Source: an uncultured Armatimonadetes bacterium (GTDB lineage: Bacteria > Armatimonadota > UBA5829 > DTJY01). From it: a stretch of DNA of 64,000 nt. Shown one piece after another: positions 39,901-49,054 of the stretch. The notes beneath the pieces were generated by a model. That model was not told where the DNA came from and made no database searches. It saw nothing but the letters and a program-made list of their open reading frames with translations. Where the stretch lies: contig OY970325.1 in assembly GCA_963717145.1 (NCBI GenBank), positions 4,224,001-4,288,000 of the forward strand, written 5' to 3'. The stretch's first letter is position 1. Each line of letters starts with the position of its first letter. The translations under genes and the position numbers were made by a program.

Positions 39901-41425
39901 TGCGGACCGTCCCCGTGATGTTCCCTTGTGCGGCGGCGACGGTGATGGTCCAGGTGACCTCGCCTCCAAACCAGGTCACGCCTTCCTGAACCGGCCGGTA
40001 CTTCTCGACGTAGACTCCCGGAGTACTGGGCGCTTTGATTACGAAGGAGAACCGTCCGACCTGCCCGGTCGTCACGGCGCTCTGGTCAACAGCGGTCGGC
40101 CTGGTGCAGCCGATCCAGTTCCCCGACTGGAAGAACGGGCTGCAGCGGTCCTGCGGGCCCGAGGTGCCGAGATTCGTCGCGGCATGACCCCAGGTCGCCG
40201 TGCCGTCATTCACATACTCGGCCCAAACGACTGCGGTCGATCCAGCCGTCATGGACGCAGGATACGACTGCGCGTTGTAGTGAGCGGCATAGGATGGTGG
40301 AGGCGGAGCGCCCGCGACCACCTGGATGTAGTAGCCCCAGTCCCATCCACCGCCCGGATCCCAGTGAGACCCGCCGCAGTGGCAGTTATTGGCGTCATTG
40401 TGGCCCAGAATGCCCGGGGCGCAACTGCGATGCGCCTTCGGGATGCCCCATCTGTTGCACATATCGCGGGTGAGGAGCCCCGACGCATTGTAGAGGCTGG
40501 TCGGATGACTCGAGGAAGCAGCATATCCCTCGTGCTCGATGCCCAGTGAACGGCTGTTGATGCAGCCGACATGCCAGGCTCGGTAGTTCTCGTCCACGCA
40601 TTGCCAGACGCCGCCGGCTTCCGACACGACATAGTGGGCGGAAACCTGTGAGCTGCAGTTCCTGAACCACGATCTAGCGCCGGCAGCGGATCCCTCGATT
40701 GTATGGACAATAACGGTGTCTTTGGCTGTGTAATACGCGCTGTAGTTGCAGCTCGCGGCGGGGTACCAGGTGGCCCCCGAATACCCGGCCGCGGCTTTGA
40801 TCGCGGCCGGCATCAGCTTCTCGAAGTCGATCGAGCCGATGTTCTGAGCCGAGAATACGAAACTTTCCCCGGCGGCATTGGTGTAGTCAAGGCCTGCCTG
40901 GAGCTTCTGGAAGATCTCTCCCGCGAAGAACTTGCTGTTCTCCTCGTCGAGGCCGGCATACTTGATGACAGGTTCGAGCCAGGCTTCGAGCCCCTTTGCG
41001 CGATCGATCTTCATTCTTGCCGCATATGAACTGATTACGGCGGCGGCGGCCTTGATGTTGAGTGCCGGGTCGATCTGAAGAGCCTCCGTGGAGGAACTCA
41101 TCAGCGATGCCCCCGCGATGAGTGAATTGCCGCCCATCTTATTGTCACGGAGGGCCATGACTCCGTAGCCGCCCTCTATCGTCGGAGCGCCATAGCGGTT
41201 CTCGAACGCGCTGCCGAAGTAGCCGAGGGTAAGAAGGAGCGGGAGCGGGACGTTGTATTCCTTGGCCGCCGAGTCGAACACCGGCATAAGTGACGTCGTC
41301 CATGCCGTGGCTTTGGGATTCTTCATGGACGCAAAATCAGGCAATCCAGACTGATTGTCCTGTGCCGCTGCTCCTCCTATGAAGACAAACAGCAGCACCG
41401 GGATGAGTAGACGTGGAAATCTCAT
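36983..41425 (-). CDS. Secreted multidomain N-acetylmuramoyl-L-alanine amidase (Amidase_2) with carboxypeptidase-regulatory-like, FN3/Ig and a C-terminal lineage-type domain
   Basis: Signal peptide; VIVHTIEGS, VSAHYVV, AWHVG, SLGIEHEG, GH..HWDPG; FN3 PSNPSGLSAT..INLAWTAS. Confidence 0.88.
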   Translation of the reverse strand: MRFPRLLIPVLLFVFIGGAAAQDNQSGLPDFASMKNPKATAWTTSLMPVFDSAAKEYNVPLPLLLTLGYFGSAFENRYGAPTIEGGYGVMALRDNKMGGNSLIAGASLMSSSTEALQIDPALNIKAAAAVISSYAARMKIDRAKGLEAWLEPVIKYAGLDEENSKFFAGEIFQKLQAGLDYTNAAGESFVFSAQNIGSIDFEKLMPAAIKAAAGYSGATWYPAASCNYSAYYTAKDTVIVHTIEGSAAGARSWFRNCSSQVSAHYVVSEAGGVWQCVDENYRAWHVGCINSRSLGIEHEGYAASSSHPTSLYNASGLLTRDMCNRWGIPKAHRSCAPGILGHNDANNCHCGGSHWDPGGGWDWGYYIQVVAGAPPPPSYAAHYNAQSYPASMTAGSTAVVWAEYVNDGTATWGHAATNLGTSGPQDRCSPFFQSGNWIGCTRPTAVDQSAVTTGQVGRFSFVIKAPSTPGVYVEKYRPVQEGVTWFGGEVTWTITVAAAQGNITGTVRNAANSQALSGASVAISGGPSTTTNSSGVYTFNNLDPATYTLNVSKAGFDPTSGTAAVTAGATTTKDFNLVSTDATAPSNPSGLSATGISPSQINLAWTASTDTGGAGLAGYIIYRNSAEVGRTTATTYQDNGLTQNTSYSYFVKAYDNANNVSGASNTASAGTLPGTVAIFQDGFASINGALWSAIVQSPMSGPNPLVWDGGANHPGGFPGAGSIRSVDSGVSTQGCLLGHSFSPGFGAAKFESWFYDSSASNNSRQGLQVRCLDGSGGVKAIYYLGTYSAAPGSFSTYSAGYYKACGAGCTGWYWPGAASKARVVGWHKFTIDFQPYTGAGNEVKFYIDDILVSTVERTLDTQTYGLNMVAYGYHYRVNQAGWFDDCAMYASAPTVPTMGTPAALSSSSIRWSVTDTSNNEMGFRILDAAQTIKASAAVSNGTGAGVSIDEGSLAANTPYTRYAKSYNGTLNSLSSAAATRWTLAAAPSISCDRSAGVWYATPDFSFTAVGGFGQGTVSQYAYEWDGSPTHTWTGAEPIWNSGDLILGSAGSFYLHVKGFNGEGVASGTLDLGPFKFDTAPPLNPTSAVETGGAVDDQWQAAVSDPAFTWSGASDAESGIAGYLVYFGSDESATSETFVTDAAYDPAAVSTGTYYLRVRAKDNAGNLADEWETIFTFKYDSSAPDAPVVNDDGQYTGSSSTLHGSWNATDADSGIAEYQYAVGTASGGVDIVGWTSADANADANIAIPQPGLSLGTTYYISAKAKNGAGAWSDVASSDGIQLAAESLTIAAAKALTDTTPVGLISKVVTASFANSYYIQEGDRSSGILVLDSGPGPGAIVTVGGIMGVNAVGERAILEPVTTVESPANPALVPKGLYVPGRNLGGDDFNPLTPGLTLGSGLNNIGLLIQVAGTVESPGENQFFVNDGSPGGPIKVIAAGIDIGALAENDPVIVTGISSFEFDGTSRTPIIRLSGPEGIVER

Positions 41426-41612
41426 CAGATGTGCACCTCCCCAGGATTACGAAGCGCCGATATGTGGCAGACAAACGCAGGGTTACTTTACGTTCTATTA
41501 TACACCCATTCTGCGCCGCTGAGGTATCTCCTGTTCGGAAAAGAAAAATCAGGTATTTCTACCAGGTAGTGCATGCGATCGCCGAACTGATCTGCGGCTG
41601 TTATGAAAGCCC

Positions 41613-41641
41613 TTGCCTTTTCTTTACACTCCTGTTACAAT
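41613..41641 (+). promoter_or_regulatory. Putative sigma70 promoter with extended -10
   Basis: TTGCCT, 17 nt, TACAAT preceded by TG. Confidence 0.55.
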
Positions 41642-41753
41642 TGCGACGACCTTGCGTGGGATAGCTACCCATGCAGGCAATATAGCCCTATGGGCTCCGG
41701 GCTCAGGAAACATAGGATACTGCGCCCGGCCGAGGAAGCAAGGAGGAAATCGT

Positions 41754-42436
41754 ATGAAGTCAGCTTTTCGGATTGCGCTGGTCGTGGCATTCGTGCTCAT
41801 CGTCCAGCAGATGGTGCTCGGCAGCAGCATCATTACAATGCCGACCGCGGATGTCGCCCCGCAGGGACTGGTGAATGTGGCCGCTTATGCGGTCAACTTC
41901 AATGACCTGCCCGACCCGCCCTTGGCGCCGTCAGGGATGAATGTCTTCATCGCGTACGGCGCCATCGCGAAGAACCTGGAGTTGGAAGCCAACATCTATG
42001 ATCAGAAGGATGGCTTCGACACTCTCACTTTCTTCAACCTGACCTACAAGGTGGTGGAGCAGACCGCCACAATGCCGCAGATCTCAGTCGGAATCAAGAA
42101 CGTGCTGGGCGAGGACCTCGGCAACGGCGACGTCGCACCCAACGACGACGCGACGTACTTCATCACAGCGGTAAAGGTGATCACGGGCCCGGCGCCGGCG
42201 AGCCCTTCAAGCCGGTCGTTCGACTTCATGTCGGGCTCGGCAACAACCTTCACAATGGGATCTTCGGCGGAGTCCAGGCGATGCTCACTCCTCAGATCGG
42301 CCTGGCGCTGCTGAATGACGCCGAGAGCACGCTGATCTCGGGCGCCTACAAGCCGAGTGCGAACTCGCCGACCTTCAAGGCCGGCACGCTCGGAGATCAC
42401 ACCTGGTTCGGCATCGACTACGACGTGAAATTCTGA
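41754..42436 (+). CDS. Putative outer-membrane beta-barrel protein (indel near 42195)
   Basis: AGGAGG RBS, signal peptide, IITMPTADV; one added C continues as GEPFKPVVRLHVGLG...TWFGIDYDVKF* (terminal Phe). Confidence 0.65.
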
Positions 42437-42467
42437 GGCGTCGGTCCTCAGTTGTCGGTATGAACAG

Positions 42468-42502
42468 AAGGGCCTCCGGTCACACGACCGGAGGCCCTTT
42501 TT
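42468..42502 (+). terminator. Rho-independent terminator
   Basis: aagggcctccggtc-acac-gaccggaggccc-ttttt. Confidence 0.85.
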
Positions 42503-42610
42503 CACGTCTGATACCCAAACAACACCACAAACTCATCTTCTTAAGGTATAATGAGCATGGCAATCCCTCGTCGGGGATGCTTTCCGAGAGAGATCAAGCA
42601 GGTGTTCCGC

Positions 42611-45160
42611 ATGAAGTACGCACGAATTATCCTGGCAGCCATGGTCATACTCTGTCTGCCCGTCATAGCTCAGTCGTCGCCTCCACTGCTGTATGACAAC
42701 TTCGACGCCGCGACCGTCGGGACGATCCCGGCCGGATGGAGGGTCGCCAAGACCGTCGCCGGCACGAGCGCCCTCGTGCAGATCGGCACGCCCGCGGGCA
42801 ACAAGTGGCTGGTCATCCATGACGACAACGGCGCGGGGATCATCACCAGCAATACGGTCTCACGGACGGCGTCATTCGCGGCGGTGACGGGCTCGGATCG
42901 CTGCACGGCGCAGTTCGAAGTGATGCTCTCTCAGATCACCGCCGGATTCGGCATGCGGCTCACCAACGGCGACGTCGCGACAACTCTCTCCAACTGCGCG
43001 ACCTCGATCACCTTCGAGGGCAATATCCCATATGCGCCCAACGGGATTCCTGGCGCAATCTCATATCAGACCCAGACCAGCACCTACGCACGCTCGCCGC
43101 TTCTGACGACCTACGCCGCCGACACATGGTACACCGTACGAGTGGAGGCGAACGTCGGCAGCAAGATGTACAAGCTCTTCTTCGGTCCCAGGGGAGGCAC
43201 GCTGGCAGAGATCACCCCGACCGGTGGCGTCCAGTTCCTCGTAGCAGTCTCAGGGTCGCAGGTCAGCCAGATAGCCAACATCTCGTTCTTCACCTCCGTC
43301 AAGGATGGCGACGGACCGGGCGACATGACGATCGACAACGTGGAGGTCGTCCTCGGCGACCCGGAGCCGACCACACTGGTGAACACGATCGCGATGGCCC
43401 GGCTGCTCGACCGCAGTACCAAGATCAGCCTTACGGACAAGCTCGTGACTGCCGGCACCTCGAACGGAGTCTTCTATATCGAAGATGACGGCCCCGGGGT
43501 CAAGCGCGCCGCGGGCATCCGTGTACGATCCGGAACGATCGTGCAAGAGAACGATAAGGTCGATGTCATCGGCCGGATCGCCAATACCTCAGAGGCCAGA
43601 GGAACGTGGCATACGGGTGAGCGGGAGATCATCGCCGAGTCGGTATCGGTCCGGAGCACCGGAAACACGCCCCTGGAACCGTTCCTCATGCGCTGCTCGG
43701 ATGTCGGCGGCGGCTGGTATGGCCCGATGGAGATCACCATCAATGGCTCGGAGCCCGCAATCAAGGCGGTCTGGCCGTTCAACGCCTGGGGTGACAGCGG
43801 CGTTTCATCATGGAACTCCACTTATGGCCCGCTGAACAATACCGGCCTCCTCGTGACGGTGATCGGCAAGGTCACCGATCCGACGGTCTACGACATGTAC
43901 GGCACGAACTATGATTTCTACATCGACGATGGCAGCCTGACGAACGACGGATGGTTCGCCACTGCCACGCCCGAGGACGAAGCATTCAAGCCAAACGGTC
44001 TCCGCGTCCGAATTACCGATCCCTCCATACTAGATGACGTGCTTCCCATCTACCATGGCGATCATGTGAAGATCACCGGCATCGTGGGAGCAATCTCATG
44101 CGAAGACCTCGGCAGGGCGACCGTCCGCAACGTCAGGGTCGTTCGCCCAAGGAAGCCGGAGGACATCGAGATCATCCGCCGGCAGGAGCGATACGTCAAG
44201 TTCGACAAGCAGGGCAACTGCCTCGTCGGTGGCAAGCCGTTCTTCCCGATCGGCATATTCATCTATGCGTGGGATTCGCTCGTCCGGCCGGAGGTCCTCG
44301 CCAAGCAGTTCAACACGGTGATCTATGCCGTCACGCCCGATCAGCTCGACAGCCTGCAGGCGGACGGGCTGATGACGATCCCGTATGCCACGGAGGAGTG
44401 GATCGCGCACAAGGACCATCCCGCGATCCTGGCATGGTACCTCGACGACGAGCCGGAGGGTCACGGGCTTACTCCCGCGTATGAGCGCGACTACTATGAG
44501 CGAACGCGCGCCGCCGATCCCACGAGGCCCGCTGGAACGGCGCACTTCTTGTATGATTCTCTGTGGAACTACCGGTTCTGCGACGACTACACGATGTCGG
44601 ACGTCTACCCGCTTCACCGGATGAACATCTGGTCGATGACCGATCACATCAACCGCCTACACCAGATCCACGGGCAGAACTTCCCGGTGTGGCCGGCGAT
44701 CCAGTCATTCGGCGGCACGGAGGGCTACGGCATCCCCTCTCCGGCCGAGGAGCGCGCGATGACCTACATGGCGCTGGCGGCCAACTCGAAGGCGATCCTG
44801 TACTTCTCGTACTATCCGTCGCTCACGGAAACATGGGCTGAGGTCGGGGTGCTCGTGCAAGAACTCAAGGCGCTGACACCATTCTACTGCCTGCCTTCCA
44901 TCGAAGGCGGTCATGGCAATACGAATAGCTGGATAATGACGCGACTGATACGAAACGGAGCGTCCGGTCTGCTCATCACCGTCAATTACTCGTACTCAGC
45001 CCAGACAGCGACGATCACTCTGCCCGCGGGTGCGCCTTCGACGCTCAATCTGCCGTTGGAAGGCGGAAGCATCCCTGTCACAGGCGGCTCGTTCACGGCG
45101 GACTACACGCCGCTCCAGGTCCACGTCTACCAGTGGGGCCCGATCCCGGCGATGCCGTAG
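42611..45160 (+). CDS. Secreted protein: beta-sandwich domain + lineage-type domain + putative glycoside hydrolase TIM barrel
   Basis: Signal peptide; GKPFFPIGIF, HPAILAWYLDDEP, MSDVYP, PVWPAIQSF. Confidence 0.75.
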   Translation: MKYARIILAAMVILCLPVIAQSSPPLLYDNFDAATVGTIPAGWRVAKTVAGTSALVQIGTPAGNKWLVIHDDNGAGIITSNTVSRTASFAAVTGSDRCTAQFEVMLSQITAGFGMRLTNGDVATTLSNCATSITFEGNIPYAPNGIPGAISYQTQTSTYARSPLLTTYAADTWYTVRVEANVGSKMYKLFFGPRGGTLAEITPTGGVQFLVAVSGSQVSQIANISFFTSVKDGDGPGDMTIDNVEVVLGDPEPTTLVNTIAMARLLDRSTKISLTDKLVTAGTSNGVFYIEDDGPGVKRAAGIRVRSGTIVQENDKVDVIGRIANTSEARGTWHTGEREIIAESVSVRSTGNTPLEPFLMRCSDVGGGWYGPMEITINGSEPAIKAVWPFNAWGDSGVSSWNSTYGPLNNTGLLVTVIGKVTDPTVYDMYGTNYDFYIDDGSLTNDGWFATATPEDEAFKPNGLRVRITDPSILDDVLPIYHGDHVKITGIVGAISCEDLGRATVRNVRVVRPRKPEDIEIIRRQERYVKFDKQGNCLVGGKPFFPIGIFIYAWDSLVRPEVLAKQFNTVIYAVTPDQLDSLQADGLMTIPYATEEWIAHKDHPAILAWYLDDEPEGHGLTPAYERDYYERTRAADPTRPAGTAHFLYDSLWNYRFCDDYTMSDVYPLHRMNIWSMTDHINRLHQIHGQNFPVWPAIQSFGGTEGYGIPSPAEERAMTYMALAANSKAILYFSYYPSLTETWAEVGVLVQELKALTPFYCLPSIEGGHGNTNSWIMTRLIRNGASGLLITVNYSYSAQTATITLPAGAPSTLNLPLEGGSIPVTGGSFTADYTPLQVHVYQWGPIPAMP

Positions 45161-45181
45161 TCCACCTGCACTCCCTCTGCG

Positions 45182-45290
45182 CCCCTCCTTACGAAGGAGG
45201 GGCCGGCCAGCAGGCCGGGGGAGGTTCGCGTGCCGATACCCTGGCAGAAACCCCCTCGGCCCAGAGGCCGGTCCCCCTTCGTAAGGGGGA
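45182..45290. repeat. Inverted pair of CCCCTCCTT-type palindromes between convergent genes
   Basis: cccctccttacgaaggaggggccggcc ... ggccggtcccccttcgtaaggggga. Confidence 0.7.
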
Positions 45291-45303
45291 CATCCCGGAT
45301 CGC

Positions 45304-48300
45304 TTATACCGACAGCCCCACGAAGAGCCGGGCGTCGATGCTGGTGAGCGGATCGACCTCTCCATTCGCGGCGGCATCGGCGAAGACGATGCCCGGGTAC
45401 TTCGCCCTCATCGCCCGATCGAGGACGTTGAACCCCTTCGGCTCGGCGTACTCCCGGACTCCGTATGCCCCGCGAAGGGTTTCCAGGGCGATCTCTCCGA
45501 GGCCTTCGCGGGCGCTCGGGACGAGAGCGAACATCTCTTCGGATGTGAGACCTTCCGCCAGGCCATGCCGGATCGGGATGCCGTCCTGCGTGCCGGTCGA
45601 TCCTACGAGCCTGACCAGCCAGCGCATGTTCCCCCGCGCGCGGCTCTTCACCGCGAGCATCTGAGGCCCGAGATCGCAGCTATCGAAGTCGGTCCAGGCC
45701 CCCAGTGCTTCCTCGAGCGCGGCCGAGTACTTCTCCCACTCCTTCGGGTCGCCGCTCTCCGGCATCGCGGGCCGATGGAGGCTCTCCCCGACAAATGGGC
45801 TGAGTGACGCTCCGGACTCCTTGGCTACACGGAGGCCGAGGTCGAGCAGCTTATCGGAGGTTTGGAGCATCCGGTCGATTCCGTCCCTCTCAAGGATATC
45901 GGTTAGTGTGTCGATGATCGACTCGCGGGTGACGTATCCCTCCGGGATGGCGATCTCCACGCCGGCGATCTGCTCGATCTCTCCTAGATCGGTCATGCTC
46001 AGGGCGGCCGAGCCCCCACAGCGCCTCGAAGCGAGGGAAGATCAGCTTCGCCAGGGATGGGTCTCGGCGCAGGTGTCCGGCGATCGAGAGCTTCTCCCCG
46101 GCCTCCTTCTGGCCTGCCTCGGTGAGCGGTAGGAACACCGCAGCATGGTCGCCGTCGAAGTCTCCGTTCACCAGCATGCACGCCAGCGGGTGAAGCCTGA
46201 TCGTGCGGTCGCCGCTTCGTACCGGATGGAACGCCAGGAGCGCGGTCGGCATGAACGTCGGCGAGCGGTTGACAAGCACCCACGACCGGGCCATGGTCGC
46301 GTCCAGGGTCTGAGTCGCTCGTTCGGACCGAGCCTCTACCTCCGACATGTCCATTTCGCGGGCGACGAGCGGTCCGAAGATCGCCCATGCGATATCATCC
46401 GCCAAGCCGACCTGATCGGTCCGCAGACCGACTCCCGGCGAGAGCACGGTTCGCCCGCTGAAGAGGATCGGCTGGTGGAACCGCAGGTTCTCCGGCACGA
46501 GCAGCAGATCGAAGTAAGCCCTGACCGCCGACTCGAGATCGCCGTACGACCTCTGCCTGAGGCTTTCGGGAGCGCCGCTTGAGATCATGCGGGCTATCTT
46601 CGTGTTCGCCTCGACGAGCGTCGCCCATGTAGGAGGGGGTTTCCGGTCTACCCCGACCGTGGGCGCACCGACCTCCTCCAGCATCCTCTCGGGCAGCCAC
46701 GGATGCGGGACCGGGCATGCCAAGTTGAGGACTTCCCCTTCAGGAGAAGCGAACCGGAATGCCAGTCTGCCATCCTCCAGTTGAGTATGGATGCCGCCCG
46801 CTGCCAGACGCTCGGCGACCTCAGTGAAATCCGGGGTGGGGGGACCGGCCTGTTCGATCGGGCCGGACACCACTCGTTCCGCGAACGACTCCGCTCCCTC
46901 GCGTTCAGTGGACCGCGTGTTGAACTGCTCACGGATGTTCTCGAATGCGCCGACATCGCGCATGGCATAGTACTCATTCTCGCCCTGCCTGCACACTGGT
47001 TCGCCGGGCCTGGTTCCGATGAAGAGCTTGCTGTGGGCGAGGTGGACTGTCTTGCCCCAGTAGACATAGCCGACTGTGCTCGGACGATCGAGCTTCCGGC
47101 CGCCTTTGCCAAGCGTCAGAGTCTCCATCCCGCTCTCGGGCAGACCGGCCTTCACGAGCCGTTCCCTGATCTCCTCAGCCTTAGGGGCGTGGAAAGGCGG
47201 GGCAATGAACGGCGTCCCTTCCGCACGAGCGATCCGGCCGGCGACCGCCTCCCGCACGACGCCGAAGATCAGCCGCGTGTGGAGCGCGATGAAGTTGTAG
47301 ACCAGTTCGACCGGCGTGCCGTCGGGCAGATGAGGCATCCCGTCGTCGGGGACGATGCGGCTGATGCAGCCCTTCGCGCCATGCCGGTTGGTGATCTTGT
47401 CGCCGGGCTCGAGCGGCCTGGGGTAGCCGAGACGCTTCGCCGCCGATTCGCTGATGAGGATGCCGTCCTCGAAGGTATCGCGGCCCCAGGAGACGAACGC
47501 GGTGAGGAGGTTTCGCCCGCACCAGAATCCCGGTGCGCTGAACTCGTTGCCGGTCTGAACGAGCGCAGGCTCGGGTCCGGAGCGACCACCCACTGGCGCA
47601 TCATGTTCACGCCCATGAGGATCCGGGTCGAATCATCGTGCTCCAGGAACGGGACCAGAGAGGCGACCATACCCAGAGCGGCTTCCGGCCGATCATCTAC
47701 GATAACCAGTCTGCTATCTCGGATCTCCGCGCCGACCGCGACGGAGAGCACGCGCCCGACGTTGGGGCCTTCCGGCGTCTCGAACGGGCAGACGCGCCCG
47801 AAGTGCGAGGGAGTGATCAGCTTCTCCCGAGTTGGGATGAGCAGCCTGCGGGAGTGGGTCACGGTCGCCAGGCGGTCGGTCTTGTCGAGCCACTGACCGA
47901 TCCCATCCACGGCTTCGGCGACCCAGGTGTCGAGGGGGAGCCACGATCTCATCAGCGCCTGGTCGAAGGTGACGTCCTTTGGGGCCTCGCCAAGGCGCTC
48001 GCCGACGTAGTCGTAGAGCTGTTCGCCGACGCACTTGATATCGGCGGTGTCCAGGTACTCGTTCGACGCGACCGGCAGCACGATCATATGCCCATCGCGG
48101 ATCTGAAAGATGCCCCATTCATCCGGGCGAAGGATCTCATACTCCATCTCGGCATCGCCAACGGTGACCTCCAGCCGGCATGTGTACTCGTCACATTCGG
48201 CCTGGTAGCCGGAGAGCGGCAGGCGGTCAGCCAGCAACTCAGGCAGGCGCTCGTTGATAAACCGGTCATAGGATTCCCTATGCCAGGGTGTAGCAATGTT

Positions 48301-48312
48301 CAATGTCATCAT
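45304..48312 (-). CDS. Miniature single-chain RpoB-RpoC fusion (two-barrel RNA polymerase-like, ~1,002 aa after correcting two compensating indels)
   Basis: Collinear beta motifs (HFGRVCPFETPEGPNVG, PFLEHDD..R.LMG.NM.RQ, FEDGILISE, GDK..RHGAKG, TVGY.Y..K..H) followed in the same ORF by beta' motifs (SGR.V, NRSPT, NGDFDGD, SRARG, EGL..E.F....AREGL); 3009 nt from start to stop; indels near 47574 and 46008. Confidence 0.9.
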
Positions 48313-48887
48313 GATTCCTCCCATTCGCGTTCGAGGTTTCTCCATTCGCGAGCGAGACGCTTTCTGGCATAATGCAGGCGCGATTTGACCGTTCCCTCCG
48401 GCACGCCGAGCGCCTCGGCGACCTCCTGGATCTCCATCTCGAACTCGTGGACCAGCCGAAGCACCTCCCGCTTGTCGGCGGGAAGCTCCTCCACCAGCGC
48501 TCGAAAGAGCCTGTTCCGCTGGGCCAACTCGACCGCTTCTTCCGGACGAAGCGCGTCGGCCTCGTAGTCATGCTCTTCCGCAGAGAATTCCAGGGGCGAT
48601 TCCCTCCTGCGGCGGACGGTTCGGAGGTAGTTCAGCGCCGTGTTCGTGGCAATGCGCAGGATCCAGCCGTTGAGCGACCCTCGTCCGTCCCACTGATCGG
48701 CGTGCGTCCACACTCTCAGCAGGACCTCCTGGGTCAGGTCGCGGGCGGCGTCCGAGTCACGGATGATGTCGCGGAGTCGGAGGGTGATCGCCCTCTCGTA
48801 TCGTGCGGCAAGCGCATCGAACGCCTCGGGGTCACTCCCGGCGATCCGTGACATCAGTTCCGCATCGGACAGATCGTGCATAGCCAT
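48309..48887 (-). CDS. ECF-family sigma70 factor
   Basis: Region 2 DLTQEVLLRVW..WILRIATNTALNYLR; region 4 EVAEALGVPEGTVKSRLHYARKRL; stop overlaps the next start (ATGA). Confidence 0.95.
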   Translation of the reverse strand: MAMHDLSDAELMSRIAGSDPEAFDALAARYERAITLRLRDIIRDSDAARDLTQEVLLRVWTHADQWDGRGSLNGWILRIATNTALNYLRTVRRRRESPLEFSAEEHDYEADALRPEEAVELAQRNRLFRALVEELPADKREVLRLVHEFEMEIQEVAEALGVPEGTVKSRLHYARKRLAREWRNLEREWEES

Positions 48888-48911
48888 GCCTCAAACGTCT
48901 CCCACTGCCAA

Positions 48912-48938
48912 TGACACCGGGGAGCGGGCGGGGGTTCA
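48912..48938 (-). promoter_or_regulatory. Putative ECF-type promoter upstream of the sigma gene
   Basis: Minus strand TGAACC, 16 nt, TGTCA; matches the general ECF AAC..GTC pattern. Confidence 0.5.
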
Positions 48939-49054
48939 GTACCTGGATGTGATCTGCAGTTGCCGAAAGAGGTCAGGCATGCACCGATCAGTCGCTTTGC
49001 AGAACGGATCCTGCCAGCGACTGTCAGACAGGTCCCATGCGGGCCACACATCGG

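Noticed and set aside
41685-41735. ykkC/guanidine-I-like riboswitch
   Set aside because: Only a loose 5' resemblance; the conserved 3' P3 segment is missing.
45304-48312. Housekeeping rpoB/rpoC, or a simple rpoBC pseudogene
   Set aside because: Far too short and divergent, lacks essential domains, and has no ribosomal gene neighbours. Retained catalytic residues, a clean in-frame fusion and coupling to a sigma gene argue against random decay.
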